Of a stretch of DNA of 64,000 nucleotides, positions 1 to 14,125 are shown one piece after another. Made by a program: the position numbers and the translations under genes. Each line of letters starts with the position of its first letter. Position 1 is the first letter of the stretch. A model generated the notes under the pieces. That model ran no database searches, was not told the DNA's origin, and was given only the letters and a program-made list of their open reading frames with translations. The stretch is from Paraspadella gotoi (taxonomy: Eukaryota; Animalia; Chaetognatha), in NCBI GenBank assembly GCA_051294375.1, contig CM119268.1, positions 7,979,468-8,043,467 of the forward strand. The letters run 5' to 3'.

Positions 1-1252
1 GTCAAGCGATTCCCGCCAAAAGGGGGCCGGGCGAGGGGGGCGCTGTTTCGGCAGAAGCCAGATATTTCTTGTTATTTTTTTTTTCTCCGTGAGTCTCGCA
101 AGGATGTCGATTTTCTGAGCGACACATTATCTTCAGAGAAAAAGAAGAAAATTTAAAAAAAAATAGTTTTGTCTTTGACGGATTTCTCATCTTATTTGAT
201 TTTATTTTTCTTTCTCGACTTTCGCCGAAACCAGAATTTCCGAGAAATGTTTCGGGGTTTGTTTTTTAGTTTTTTGGTTTTTTTTTTATTTCTTTTTTTA
301 ACGCGGAATAAATGACGTTTTCTCTTTGTTCTTTTTTTCCCTTCGTGATGGAAATTGGAATCGGCTTTAGTCTAGAGGCGGAATTCTCAACAGTTAGAAT
401 CCTTCTACTATTTGCCCCCACCTGCCATTTTCCGATATTGGCCAATCGTGCGTTTATTTACCTAATATAGCTGCCGTTATTTCTTTTTTATTCTCTCTCT
501 CTCTCTCNNNNNNNNNNNNNNNNNNNNNNNNNNNNNNNNNNNNNNNNNNNNNNNNNNNNNNNNNNNNNNNNNNNNNNNNNNNNNNNNNNNNNNNNNNNNN
601 NNNNNNNNNNNNNNNNNNNNNNNNNNNNNNNNNNNNNNNNNNNNNNNNNNNNNNNNNNNNNNNNNNNNNNNNNNNNNNNNNNNNNNNNNNNNNNNNNNNN
701 NNNNNNNNNNNNNNNNNNNNNNNNNNNNNNNNNNNNAAACCGACCCAAATTCCCGGATGTAACTGGGATGATAAATAAGATGATTTAATATCTACTGATT
801 ACTTAGCGCTAGTTTTTAAAAACATATATATACAAGAAACTACAGGGATTATAAGAGGGGATATGTTAACTTTATTTTTGTAATACATTCTGTAAATGTT
901 TCTCTTCTTTTTCTTCTTATCTTTTTTCTCTCTTATAAAAAAAGTTGTCCCCACTAAATTTCGATTTTTCATTTTTTCTAATTTCGGCGCTTTACTCTGT
1001 TTTTATGATGAAGAATTAATGGACTCACGATAGATTTTTTTATTCAGAAACGAAGACAGCGAGTGGAGGAAGAGAGAGAGAGAGANNNNNNNNNNNNNNN
1101 NNNNNNNNNNNNNNNNNNNNNNNNNNNNNNNNNNNNNNNNNNNNNNNNNNNNNNNNNNNNNNNNNNNNNNNNNNNNNNNNNNNNNNNNNNNNNNNNNNNN
1201 NNNNNNNNNNNNNNNNNNNNNNNNNNNNNNNNNNNNNNNNNNNNNNNNNNNN

Positions 1253-1286
<34 letters not shown>

Positions 1287-3610
1287 GAAAGGAGGAAGGA
1301 AGGAGTTGGATGCATTAATATTCTAATGTGTGTCATTTACTCTTCTCTCCTTACTATAAAGAGTAAACCCGAGAGGCGAGAAGTGAGAGGAGCAAAGAAC
1401 AGAAAATAAAAGGTGAAGATTAAAGTTAAAAATAAAGAGATAAAAAAAGATGGAATAAAATTTGAAGGCAAAGAAAATTAATGGCGAGAGAGATAAGAAT
1501 GAATCGCTTGTCATTCCCCGTGTTCGGGGAATCTCGATCATCAACTGGCTTCGGGGATTCGGACCACAGGGAAACGAGAGTGACCAGAGGTTGAATTGTT
1601 CAGAGAAAATCAGCACAACAAATTGATGAATTGAAAAAGAAAATTAAGGGGCAGAGAATCTAAGGGGAAAGAGAATGGAAACTAAAAGCAAAGATAGAAT
1701 GAGAGGCGAAGGGAAAAGATAAAGCTCGTTCGAAATCGTGAGATCGCGAGATGCTGAGATCCGGGTGAAAGGTTGATTACCCTCGTAATTTTTATCTTTG
1801 TCTCCTCCTCGCTTCGGATCTGCACCCGTGAAATATTCATACTTGGCGGAATTAACAACCTTTTTTTTTCTTCTAAATTCTGCAGACACATGCTTTTTAC
1901 CGCTTTTTACAAAATTTTAAAACCCTCTGTCTCTGTCTCTTTGTGTCTCTCTCTCTCTCTCTCTCTCTCNNNNNNNNNNNNNNNNNNNNNNNNNNNNNNN
2001 NNNNNNNNNNNNNNNNNNNNNNNNNNNNNNNNNNNNNNNNNNNNNNNNNNNNNNNNNNNNNNNNNNNNNNNNNNNNNNNNNNNNNNNNNNNNNNNNNNNN
2101 NNNNNNNNNNNNNNNNNNNNNNNNNNNNNNNNNNNNNNNNNNNNNNNNNNNNNNNNNNNNNNNNNNNNNNNNNNNNNNNNNNNNNNNNNNNNNNNNNNNN
2201 NNNNNNNNNNNNNNNNNNNNNNNNNNNNNNNNNNNNNNNNNNNNNNNNNNNNNNNNNNNNNNNNNNNNNNNNNNNNNNNNNNNNNNNNNNNNNNNNNNNN
2301 NNNNNNNNNNNNNNNNNNNNNNNNNNNNNNNNNNNNNNNNNNNNNNNNNNNNNNNNNNNNNNNNNNNNNNNNNNNNNNNNNNGAACAAAAAATTTGATTT
2401 GAGTCAATTAACAATAATAATTGGATGCGAGAGAGTATGATTATTGATTACAAAAAGTATTTTGTTAATATTGTTTCGGGAACAGAAAAGAAAAATACAT
2501 TATATTTATAGTATTATCCATATAAAATAAGATATTTTCAAAATATTTTTTAAAAATTTTATTAAACATTCAGATTTTTTATAAAAGTTAAACCAAAAAT
2601 ATAAAAGATGTTATCATAATTTTTTTTGTCTTCAATATCAACATTAGAAAAAAAATATCAAAATTCTCAACTTTTTAACTCTCTATAAAAAACTATTATA
2701 TGATAAACCGTCTTTAACATTTAGCAAAAAAATATTGTTAACTCGCTTAATCTTTTCATCACTCCACCCTACTACTCAGTCCTCACCCGTCTTAATTCGC
2801 TTCGACGATCTCGGCCACAAAAAAAGTCAGTTTTCTCGACCCCCAACCTCCTTTCATCGAAATCTCAGCGACGTCATAATTCCCGGGGTCCATCATTCGT
2901 CCTTCCTGCTGAGAGACTAATGACATAAGAAACCCACGGAGAACTTCCTCTTTTCATCTGGACTTTTCATTGCGCCAGCGACAGGATTGAAACCGAGGTT
3001 CCCTTACTGGGTAAACAATCTTTGATTGCAGTGGAGCTCGACGAAGAGGAAGACGACGATGATGACGATGATGATGACGACGATTTTCATGATGATTATG
3101 ATAATAAGACGTCGATAACGACGACTACCTCTGGTTAGTACCTTTCTCTTTGATCTTTCTATCTTTATCAACAACGATGACCACGACGACGACAACAGCA
3201 ACAACAAAAACAACAACCGACCGTCTCCGATCTTTTATCACGTCATCGTCGTCGGCCGACGTCTTCCCCCCCCCCAAAAACGCCCTCTGTCGTCGGCTAC
3301 CGTCGCCGGAAATGACCTTCGCGTCATTTCCTCTCTCCGCGGTCGGCGTCGCTTTTCGACGCCAAAGTAAATCAATCCTTTTTTTTTTCTTCTTCTCATT
3401 GTTTACCAGATGGAGACTGTTGACTGATGGGGCTACCGTTGGTACCTATTAGTTGAGATTATCAATAGTCAATTGTTGTTAAGCAGACTATTGTGCTGGT
3501 TGTTCATTCTTCACTGTTCACTGTTCAATCTAAACGCGTGATATCGAAAAATTAATGCGCGGATCCGTCAGTTCCATTCTCTCTCTCTCTCTCTCTCTCT
3601 CCTCTCTCTT

Positions 3611-3673
<63 letters not shown>

Positions 3674-3806
3674 AAAAAGATTTAATTCACGTTCTAATTT
3701 TTAACAGTGACGTCGAACGCAAATTGGTTCGTTTCATAAAAACAAGAAACATTTGTTCACTGCGACTCACCGACAACTCAACTTCACCAACTTCGCTAAA
3801 ACTCAC

Positions 3807-3988
3807 CGCTTTGCAGAGGACGGTTCCGAGGACCCACTTCCGGCTGGCGTACTGCACGGCGGTGAAGGGGATGCAGAAGATGATGAAGAGGAGGTCGGCG
3901 ACGGAGAGGTTGAGGATCAACACGTTCGTCGACGACCTCATCTTTCCGTTTCGATTTCGAGCGATGACCAGCACCACCAGAGTGTTGC
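3807..3988 (-). CDS. Internal exon of a rhodopsin-like neuropeptide GPCR, galanin/allatostatin-A (kisspeptin-related) receptor family; TM1 end, ICL1, TM2, ECL1, start of TM3
   Basis: The minus strand reads (G)NTLVVLVIARNRNGKMRSSTNVLILNLSVADLLFIIFCIPFTAVQYASRKWVLGTVLCKA. It has the GN (TM1), TN..I.NL..AD (TM2), C.PF, W.(L/F)G and CK motifs typical of galanin/AstA receptors. It is bounded by a C-rich tract + CAG acceptor (phase 1) and a GTGAGT donor at 3806 (phase 0). Length is 182 nt = 2 + 60 codons. Confidence 0.9.
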
Positions 3989-4304
3989 CTGGGTGGAGGG
4001 TTGTGGGGCGGCGAGGGATAGAGGGTGGGGTGGTGTGAAGCGTCGGATGAACATAATAAACGGTGAAAGATTTTCACAGTCGCTGTTAAAACGAGTTAAA
4101 ACAAGTTAGGGACGAGATTGCTTGTTTATTGATTAAATAATTTTTACGTTCAAAGAAAATTGTGAAAAAACCGACGACCTGAATCAGGTAGACACAAAGT
4201 GTTGACTCCGAGTTAAGTTCAGACGTCTCGGGAGTTAAAGGGATAAGGTGAGTGACAGATAACCAACGGCCGGGAGGGAATAAACAAAAGAAACTAGGGC
4301 ACAC

Positions 4305-4349
<45 letters not shown>

Positions 4350-5032
4350 ATAGTTTTAAGGCTTTTTCTCCTTCCAATTTCCGCAACGTTTATCATTTCT
4401 TAGAAATATCTTATCTTATCTTCAAAATTGGGGAGGATGAATTCGCGGGTTCGACTCTTTCATTTGTATTTATTTTCTATTATCTATTCATGTATTGCTT
4501 CTCATTTATTATTTATGTCAGCTTTTTATAAAACATATTATCTCTATTCCGTCCATCCTCTCCCTTTTTCTTTCGTCATTTATTTATCATTTTTTATTTT
4601 AGTATTCTTCAAGGACTTCATACCTTCTCAATATCATCATTATTCATTCCCCTTTTTCTCCCTCCCCTTTTTTCCTAACTTCATTTTCTCTCCGACTTTT
4701 TTTTTCGTCGGTTTTACGAGGCTCATCCTTTGATCCTTTTTTTTTCTCCGGCAAATCTTTGTCCTCCCCCCTTCGACTCCCATTTGCCCCCCACCTCTCC
4801 CCCCCTTCGCCCCCCCAACTTTCTCGCTTCACATTATCAGAGATTTTCGAATCCTAATTCATCGGCCCAACTTGACCTTGAGTCTCGACCAATCATCGTT
4901 CTTCTCGGTTTGATGGCTCCGGTCAATCACCTTCTGGTTAAATGATATCACTCTGAAGTCCGACCAATCAGCGCTCTTTTGTTTCTGATCTGACCAATCA
5001 AAAGGATTTTGAGCAAAACAAAATAATTACAA

Positions 5033-5169
<137 letters not shown>

Positions 5170-5254
5170 AACTTATTCAGTATTATAACGCCATGCCAGA
5201 AAGTTTTAAGAATTCTTTCATAAATAAAAATTATAGCGGTAAATCCAGTCTAAC

Positions 5255-5955
5255 TCACTTCAGCCAAGCACCTCAACTAAGCCAAGCACCTCACCTCAGT
5301 CAAGCGCCTTACCTCAGCCAAGCACCTCAATTAAGCCAAGCACCTTATCTCAGCCAAGCGCCTGCGCTCAGCCAAGCACCTCAACTAAGCCAAGCACCTC
5401 AACTAAGTCAAGCGCCTCACCTCAGCCAAGCTCCTAACTAAGCCAAGCACTTCATCATAGCGAAGCACCTCACCTCAGTCATGCGCCTTACTTCAGCCAA
5501 GCACCTCAATTAAGCCAAGCACCTTATCTCAGNNNNNNNNNNNNNNNNNNNNNNNNNCCAAGCGCTCCGCTCAGCCAAGCACCCAACTAAGCCAAGACCT
5601 CATCTTAGCCAAGCGCCTCACCTCAGCCAAGCACCTCAAATAAAGCCAAGATCTCAATTAAGCAAGCACCTTTACTCAGCCAGCACTTCATCATAGCGAG
5701 CACCTCACCTCAGTCATGCGCCTTTACTTCAGCCAAGCACCTCAATTAAGCAAGCACCTTATTATCAGCAAGCGCCTCCGCTCAGCCAAGCACCTCAACT
5801 AAGCCAAGCACTCTCATCTTAGCCAAGCGCCTACCTCAGCAGAAGCACCTCAATAAGCAAGCATCTCAATTAAAGCCAAGCACCTTATCTCAGGCCAAGC
5901 ACTCTCAACTAAGCAAAGCACCTCATCTTAGCCAAGCGCCCTCACCTGCAGCCGA
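5255..5955. repeat. 18-bp minisatellite (approx. CTCAGCCAAGCACCTCAA) inside the GPCR intron, interrupted by a 25-N gap
   Basis: Repeated AGCCAAGCACCT cores at 18-bp spacing; copies right of the gap show indel noise. Confidence 0.9.
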
Positions 5956-8900
5956 AGCAAACAACTCCGCGTATTCCTTTCGTCCAGATTATCATTCCTT
6001 TGGTCATCCTTTGTCGCTTTCCTTCCAGCGTCAAACAACAAAAATAAAAATCTCTCTCTTCTCTCTCTCTCTCTCTCTCTCTTCTCTCTTCTCTCTCTCT
6101 CATTTCCTCCTTCCCCCTCCTCTCACTTATTTTAACGATTAGGCAACATCCTCCCTCTTTTTGTTTTATCAGAACGAAAACGAAAACAAAACAGGTTTAT
6201 CAAATTTTAAAAAGCAGAAAAGAAAAGAGCTAAAAACCAAAAAAACCACCAGACTCCAGTTGTGAGGAGAGAAACGGATGTGAAAGTCGAGGAGAAGAAT
6301 CGGTTTGGACCGCCTAAAGATAAGTTTCTTGCCTCGAACCGAACTGATTTATCGTCGCTAAAAGAAAATTTTAACGACATCGGGGGACAGTTAGCGAATG
6401 CTTAATTCTCTCGAAAAAAACAATTTATTAGATTTGAATGTTTAAGCTTCGGTGAGACTAAAATCTTACATTGTAATTCCGTCGGCCATTAGTGTAAAAG
6501 ATATATGTTTAATTTTATTTTTATGTGAGCTTATTTTTTGGAATTATTAAGGACGGAATTGTCTCCAGTCGGAAAAAACAATGCGATATTTTTTTTTCAA
6601 CAATGCTGAAAAAAGGGCCTGATCCAATTAAAATGGATTTTTCTAAGAGTGAGAGAGAGAGAGAAATAAAGAGAGATGAGGATGAGAGGAGAGAGAGCTT
6701 GAAAAGCTAAAGCTTTGTTAAATAAATTCGGACAGCTCGGTTCTCGGTTTTAATGTGAACAGTGATTAAATTCAATGGGGCACCAAAGAATAACAGTGAT
6801 GTGGTGAAATTAAAAAAAAAAAAAATCCAAATAAATTAAAACTCGTCGTCCCGAAATGAAACAAAAAGAATCCCCGAAAAAAAAACACCGATAAATGATC
6901 GCAAAAATATTTTTTTTTTCTGGAAAATTAGAGTTTATAATTTAAGAGGACGGATTCCTATAATGCACCGCTGGTGAAGAGTTACCAATGGAAAGATTAG
7001 TACTACCACCCATATTTTTGAAAAAATTATTTGACGCGAAAGAAATTGGTTTTAAAAACGAGCAAAAAAACGTTAAAAAAATCATCATCATCATCAACTC
7101 CAGTGTGCGCCTGATTTTATAGTTTATTGTCAAATTTGTGTGAAGTCTATCAACCTCAAAGAACAAAAAAATTCCCCTCAAGCAGTCTGTATTAACCTAA
7201 CCTTCATCTAACTTTTAGAAGCTCTATCAGAATCCGAGATCTTTAAAAAAATTGAAAAATTCAAAAAAATTTTTTTAACTTTATTTATAGTAATAAATAA
7301 TCTTTAAATGCTTTCGTGCCGTGTGCGCTTATTAATAAGATAATTTTTTAAAAAATTTATTTTATTTTCATATTCCTCTAGCCAGCCAGTCACATTTATC
7401 ATTATTTATGATGAGAACTTCTAGTTTTCAACCCTTTCCGGGCCTTAATAATTTCACCTGCTTTTAAAGAATCTTCTCGTTTTAGTGACTTAAAAAAACT
7501 GTATAAAATCATTGAAAGATGATTGATACCATTCCACCTTTTTAAAGGTTTTTTTGACTAACTTATATAAACGATACTCAAAAAAAGAATAATATACTTT
7601 GCTGTAGACAACTTTATAATCCAGGCTAATCTGAATCTAGGTTATATTTAAACCAACTGCTATACGATATTATCAAAAAGATCTCTCCTCCGAGCAACTT
7701 TCTGATCTGTAATTTAATATAAAATTATATATTTTAGGTAAATAAAATTAGAGCCACTATAATTTTTTTATGCCTCTTTGAATAATATAGACTTAAAAAA
7801 TGACTAAAAAAGATATGTATTCAGCTCATTTCCGTGAAACTCCTGTAGAGTCACCCCATTGAGTTGGGGCTACCCCTAATACTAGGAAGCGTATAATTCT
7901 TTTTTAAAAAATTATTTATAAGTTGGGTTCAAAAATAGTGAGTTTTCAATTATCCTCAGTTATATAAAAAATAAAATAATTAGTTTTTTATAATTTTTTA
8001 TACCTACTTTATACATTCATCTTTTTAGAAAACAAGAATTCTTAGTGTTCTCCCTTTACAAAACAGCATTTTGTTTAATATAATCAATGGTGAGAATTCT
8101 TGAAATCTAGATCATTAAACATCTAAACTAAAAATATATCTCAATATGAAATTCTGAATGCATTATATAAAAGAGGAACTGACTGGGCGAGGAGCACTAG
8201 CTAAAGAATGATTTGTGAAAAAACAAGTAAGAAATGAACTACAGCGATTAAAGCTATTCACTAATAAATGATAGTTGTGTGCAAAATATAACTTCCAAAA
8301 ATTTTGATTTCCAAACTTTTCATTCACTCCCTGATCGTGGACATTCCGTGTGTTTAGGTGATTAGTCTGGATAAACTGGTATTCGCCCCAGAGAGTCCCT
8401 AAATAATAATTTTAAGGTTTATTGAAACAAACGATTTAGAAAGATTAGGTCCATGATCATATTTTTTTTTAAAAATAGTTTTTTCTTAAATTTTTGATAA
8501 GCACGCTCTACAGAATATACCTAAGAAAAAAGATTATAAAAAAAAGACATAAAGCAAGAAAATTGAGTGAACTCTTTTTAGAAATTAAGATATTTGTGTA
8601 AGAATGGTGTTTAAATCCTAAGAAGACTATTATAATTAACCTATAATATATTTAAATTTTTAGTATAAAAATTTTATTTTTTTAAATTTTTGCTAACTTA
8701 ATAAATTTAACTAAAATATGTGTTATTAAGACTTATATTTTTTTCTAGTCATTTTTTTTATGAGCGATAATGTCGAAATTCTCACTTTCAGAAACTATTG
8801 AAAAACTTTCTTTTAAAAATTTTAAAAATTTTTATATGGTATAAATACTAAGGCTAATGCGAAATTTAAAAATTAGAAAAACAGAGTGTATTTCTTCATT

Positions 8901-11900
8901 ATATTAATGTTTCTCTCATGTATCTTAAGATTTCTTTTTCAATGTTTCGCCAATGATTTGTTCATGATTTAAACTACTGAAATCGAATTTTGAATTACTG
9001 CCCAAACGCTTTCACTACGCCGGTCTCTTACTCCTGTATTACGACTTACGTTAATTTTTACCGGACCACGTATTTTAATTCCCTTTTTGTTATCGGCATC
9101 TCGCCGCTATCTGCTCTACGTCATTCAATCCCTGACGTGCTCACCTGTGAATATATTTGCTTTGTGTTCCCGTCGGTCCGTCCTTATAATGGAATTCCCC
9201 TCAATATTTTCTATTAAAGATAAGAAATTTTTGTGGTGCCGGCAATCATCTCTTTATATACTTATACATGTCAGAACATCGTAATATTATGATTAAACTG
9301 TATAGCATAAAAAACTTATTATGTACCTAAGATTCATCCAATCCATCCCACCTTTAGGCAAAAGCTCCAATAACTCGTGAAAGTTCATAAGCGAGAATAA
9401 AGTTGCCATGTGATGAAGCCCTGGACTGGACCAAGAGTTACACAGATGAGATTGAGTGCCCAAAATTGGAAATGAGTATAATAAAAAATAGAAATTATGA
9501 AAACAATAATTGTAAGTAAAGTCTCCGATTAATATCATTAAAATCTTTCCTTGTAACTTAATCCCTATGTTTAACACAAAATAAATCTACTCTATTATTT
9601 TCATTAATTGGTTTCCAGGATTAGAATGCAGTTGAAATTTTGTCTGTGGGTAGGAAGTGTTGACTCAAAGCTTTTTTTAGAATATAAAGTTTCTGTGAAA
9701 CATGCTAGTGGAATGAGTAATTAAATTTGGAGCCAAAAAACATTAAGATCACAGTTTACTTTTGTAATTATTTAGTGTTTTTATTTACTTGTTATTAACT
9801 ATATATAAAAATGTTTATATAATTCATTCATTCATTAATTATTATTAATGTGAAAAATTGATGATTAAAGATTACTTAAAGTTGCAAAAAAGAGTAAATT
9901 TGAAAAAATGGTAATGCAATTTTGTGTGAATAATTGATGTGTGAGTTGCTGATAAAAATGATGGCAAGTTGATTATTATAATGTTATTTGCTCGATTTAG
10001 GGTATTTAAAAAAATATTGTGTTATCATCTCTGATTAGTGCTTGTATTACCTCATTGATAATAATTTGATATCCAAAAAAAACACGATTGACTTGATAAT
10101 GGAATCAATGAGGTCGGAACCATTTGAGCGAACGAGCATTGAGAAGCGAACCTCTCGCGCCCAAGAGGTCTTGTGCGCAGGCGCAAAACCAGATCCGCTC
10201 TGTCAAAAGTTAAAAATCTAGACGCCGGAGAATTTTTTTTTAAAAAAATTTTTCTCAAAGACAAATCGGCGCTTTAGAATCTAAAACCACTCATATCAAA
10301 GATGGAGGGCGAGAAAAGGAGAGAGGAGCAAGTTCAAAAATTTATGATTTTGTTTTTCGGATGAACNNNNNNNNNNAAAAGAAGAAAAGTTGGAAGGAGA
10401 ATGATTTTTTTTGTTTACTGAAAATTAGCGTCGATTCTAATTCGAGTTTCATTTGCCGAATTCGATTCTTTCAAAGGTCACGGAATCGGTTTGGCCTTAT
10501 AATGGAATTTCTAGTTAAAGATAAGAATTTATGCGAAGTCTTATTTTAAATATATCGATAAACTATAAAAATTATAACTAGATAATCCACCGCGCGAAAC
10601 AAGTGATCAAAATTGAAAAATTGAAATTGAATATCGAATATCGAATCTCTTTTTTTTCCCTGGTTTTTTAATGCAATAATAGTTTTTATATTCGTTTTTA
10701 TCTTTTTTATAAAAAAAATTATCAGGTACCTTTTTTTTCTTTGTTTTTAGCTTTTCTCATTGAATTGACTTTCTTTTTCTTTTCTTTTTCTTTTTTTCTC
10801 TCTCTAATCTCCGACCCTTTTTTCGTTCCTTTTTAAATTCCTTTTACCAGCCCCGCTGCTCTTTTGTTTTCTCTTTCACGCTTTGCTCTTTTTTTTTTGG
10901 TGTTGATTTTGCTTCTGATTCCTTTAACGTCTCAGCTTCCGGTAGACGGACGCCTTTTAGTCCAACTCGGCTTCAATTTCTCTCTTTTTTTTTCCTTTTT
11001 CCGTCTCTCTTCGACAAATTGCTTAGACTAAATACATTCCCTTTTAGTAGTACTTTCAAAAAGACCTTTAAATGGAGATATTTGTTTCCTTTAGTGTTTT
11101 GGAGATAGATAATAGGAAGCATTAAACTAACATAAGCACTGCCCCAAGAATGGCAATAAAAAAGATGATCAAAACGACCAGAAGTTTTGTTAATATTTTT
11201 TTATTGTGCATTTTCTATAGCGCCAACATTGGCATTGGTCCCGTTGAAAACAGCCTTTATTGCGTAATTCTGATGAGATATCTCGCGGGTTGGCATTATA
11301 ATCCTTTCGTTTTGATGACATTTTTATAATTCAAAAAAGACGTTTTAAACCCGATTGTTTTNNNNNNNNNNNNNNNNNNNNNNNNNNNNNNNNNNNNNNN
11401 NNNNNNNNNNNNNNNNNNNNNNNNNNNNNNNNNNNNNNNNNNNNNNNNNNNNNNNNNNNNNNNNNNNNNNNNNNNNNNNNNNNNNNNNNNNNNNNNNNNN
11501 NNNNNNNNNNNNNNNNNNNNNNNNNNNNNNNNNNNNNNNNNNNNNNNNNNNNNNNNNNNNNNNNNNNNNNNNNNNNNNNNNNNNNNNNNNNNNNNNNNNN
11601 NNNNNNNNNNNNNNNNNNNNNNNNNNNNNNNNNNNNNNNNNNNNNNNNNNNNNNNNNNNNNNNNNNNNNNNNNNNNNNNNNNNNNNNNNNNNNNNNNNNN
11701 NNNNNNNNNNNNNNNNNNNNNNNNNNNNNNNNNNNNNNNNNNNNNNNNNNNNNNNNNNNNNNNNNNNNNNNNNNNNNNNNNNNNNNNNNNNNNNNNNNNN
11801 NNNNNNNNNNNNNNNNNNNNNNNNNNNNNNNNNNNNNNNNNNNNNNNNNNNNNNNNNNNNNNNNNNNNNNNNNNNNNNNNNNNNNNNNNNNNNNNNNNNN

Positions 11901-13659
11901 NNNNNNNNNNNNNNNNNNNNNNNNNNNNNNNNNNNNNNNNNNNNNNNNNNNNNNNNNNNNNNNNNNNNNNNNNNNNNNNNNNNNNNNNNNNNNNNNNNNN
12001 NNNNNNNNNNNNNNNNNNNNNNNNNNNNNNNNNNNNNNNNNNNNNNNNNNNNNNNNNNNNNNNNNNNNNNNNNNNNNNNNNNNNNNNNNNNNNNNNNNNN
12101 NNNNNNNNNNNNNNNNNNNNNNNNNNNNNNNNNNNNNNNNNNNNNNNNNNNAAAGGGAAGGGCGTCTTTAAAAACAAATACTCAAGTTCGTGGGGAAATC
12201 GGCAGCTGCAGGGTAAGTCAGAGCGGGAAGGGACTTCAGAAAGGAGAAATGCTGATGGAGGGTAAGCCAACGTTTGCGCGGTGGGAGTGAAGGGTAAGTT
12301 TAAGCTTAAAATAACTCTGGGTAAGGACAAAAAAGATCAAGGCCTACAGTGAAAGTAAGAACAGTGAAATCAAAATACGTATGAGAGCCGAATCTGAAAA
12401 TTCTTGTTCAGGCGACCGAGAAGCGAGACAATTTGGCGGAAAGAGATGGTTGTGGTAGGACGGAAAGTGGGCGTGGCTGCGTTTAAAACAAGAAGCGACG
12501 CAGAAATCGTGACGACGAATTTCGAGGTCTCGCGTATCTCGTTTTCTTGATTCGCGGGGAGAGAAGGGAGATTCGGGTGTGACTCCCGCCGTTGTCACTC
12601 TAGAAACGTTAAGAATAAAAAATAATTCCTTTCAATTTTTTGAAAAAACTCTGTACGCATATAAATGGCCAAGTATTTTTTTTTTATCCAGATATCGTTA
12701 CATCTTAAAGTAATGTGTTGTACCGAATGTACGACTTTTTTTTTTTCAAACCTGATGACACTCTTGGGCGTCGTCACTCGATCTCGGTCATCGAAAACGA
12801 CATCTATCGTCTCATCTTCATAACGAGTGTCTCACGGGGAGAAAAAAAAAGACTTACAAGAAATCCATCTTTAGGTTAAACTCTTCGACTTTAAATTTAC
12901 AAAGGTGAGTTTGCTTTGGTGTCTTTTTTGGAAAGGGGATGGGGAAAGTTTTTCTCATCAAAATAGTACTTCTTCAATTTTGTCTCTAGTATGAATTGAA
13001 TATTAGATGTTGAAATAATTTAAAAAGGTTTAATAAAGTAAAAACAATAAATAAAAAAACCTCCCTAACAACATTGGCTTTTGAGTCCCGACACATCTCT
13101 GGAAGAGTCTGGAGAAATAGGGCATTTTAGCCTCTTTTTTTTTCTCTGCTCTTAACGAATTTAATTGCGCTGAAACCACTTCCCGGTCTCTTTTCTCAAC
13201 CCGCAAAGCACTTGTCACATGATAATAAAAGTAAAAAACTGCATGACATCTCAAGAATCAAAAAAAAAAAAAAAAAAAACAAGCGGAAATACGAATTGCG
13301 GATTCTTTGTCGCCACTTTTTTTTTTTCCATAAGCAAAAAAAGTCGAATGTTTAATTAAAACGAATCGACGTCTGCAACCAAATCGACGTCTCGTCCCCA
13401 CGAAAATATTCATCTTAAGAGAGTCGCTTCTTCGCTGCCTTAAAACGGTCATTAGCTGTCACTTTTCCCTCCCGTACATCAGGCCTTTTCAGGGAAAAAA
13501 CAAGATTGAGTCGTTTTTGCCTGACATTTTTCCCTCTTTTTTTTTTCCCGCTCTTCCTTTTTCGTTTTCTTTACTCTCTCTTCCTCGTCCTCTGAATAAT
13601 TCTCTCCAGTCTCATTCGTTTCTATATATTTTTTTTTTCAGTTCCATTGATATTTTTAC

Positions 13660-14125
13660 ATTTCTATCCTGTCCCATTCATTTCTTTATAAAATTTTTCT
13701 CCAGTCCTATTCATTTTTTTATAATATTTCAGTCCAGTCCCATTCATTTCTATACGACATTTCTATCCAATCTCATTTATAATATTTCTGTCCAGTCCCA
13801 TTCATTTCTATACGACATTTCTATCCTGTCCAATGCGTTTCTTTATAATATTTCTATCCTGTCCCATTCGTTTCTTTATAATATTTCTATCCTGTCCCAT
13901 TCGTTTCTTTATAATATTTCTGTCCTGTCTCATTTATAATATTTCTTTCCAGTCCCATTCATTTATATACGACATTTCTATCCTGTCCTATTTGTTTCCT
14001 TATAATATTTTTATCCTGTCCCATTTGTTTCTTTATAATATTTCTGTCCAGTCCCATTCATATATATACGACATTTCTATCCTGTCCCATTCATTTCTTT
14101 ATAATATTTCACTCCAGCCCAATTC
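13660..14125. repeat. ~33-bp minisatellite (approx. ATATTTCTATCCTGTCCCATTCATTTCTTTATA)
   Basis: Repeated units with variants (CCAGTCCC/CCTGTCCC, and shortened units). Confidence 0.9.

Noticed and set aside
5193-5441. ORF encoding SQAP(Q/H/Y)L repeats
   Set aside because: It arises from an 18-bp minisatellite antisense in the GPCR intron; later units contain stops and indels, and there is no other coding evidence.
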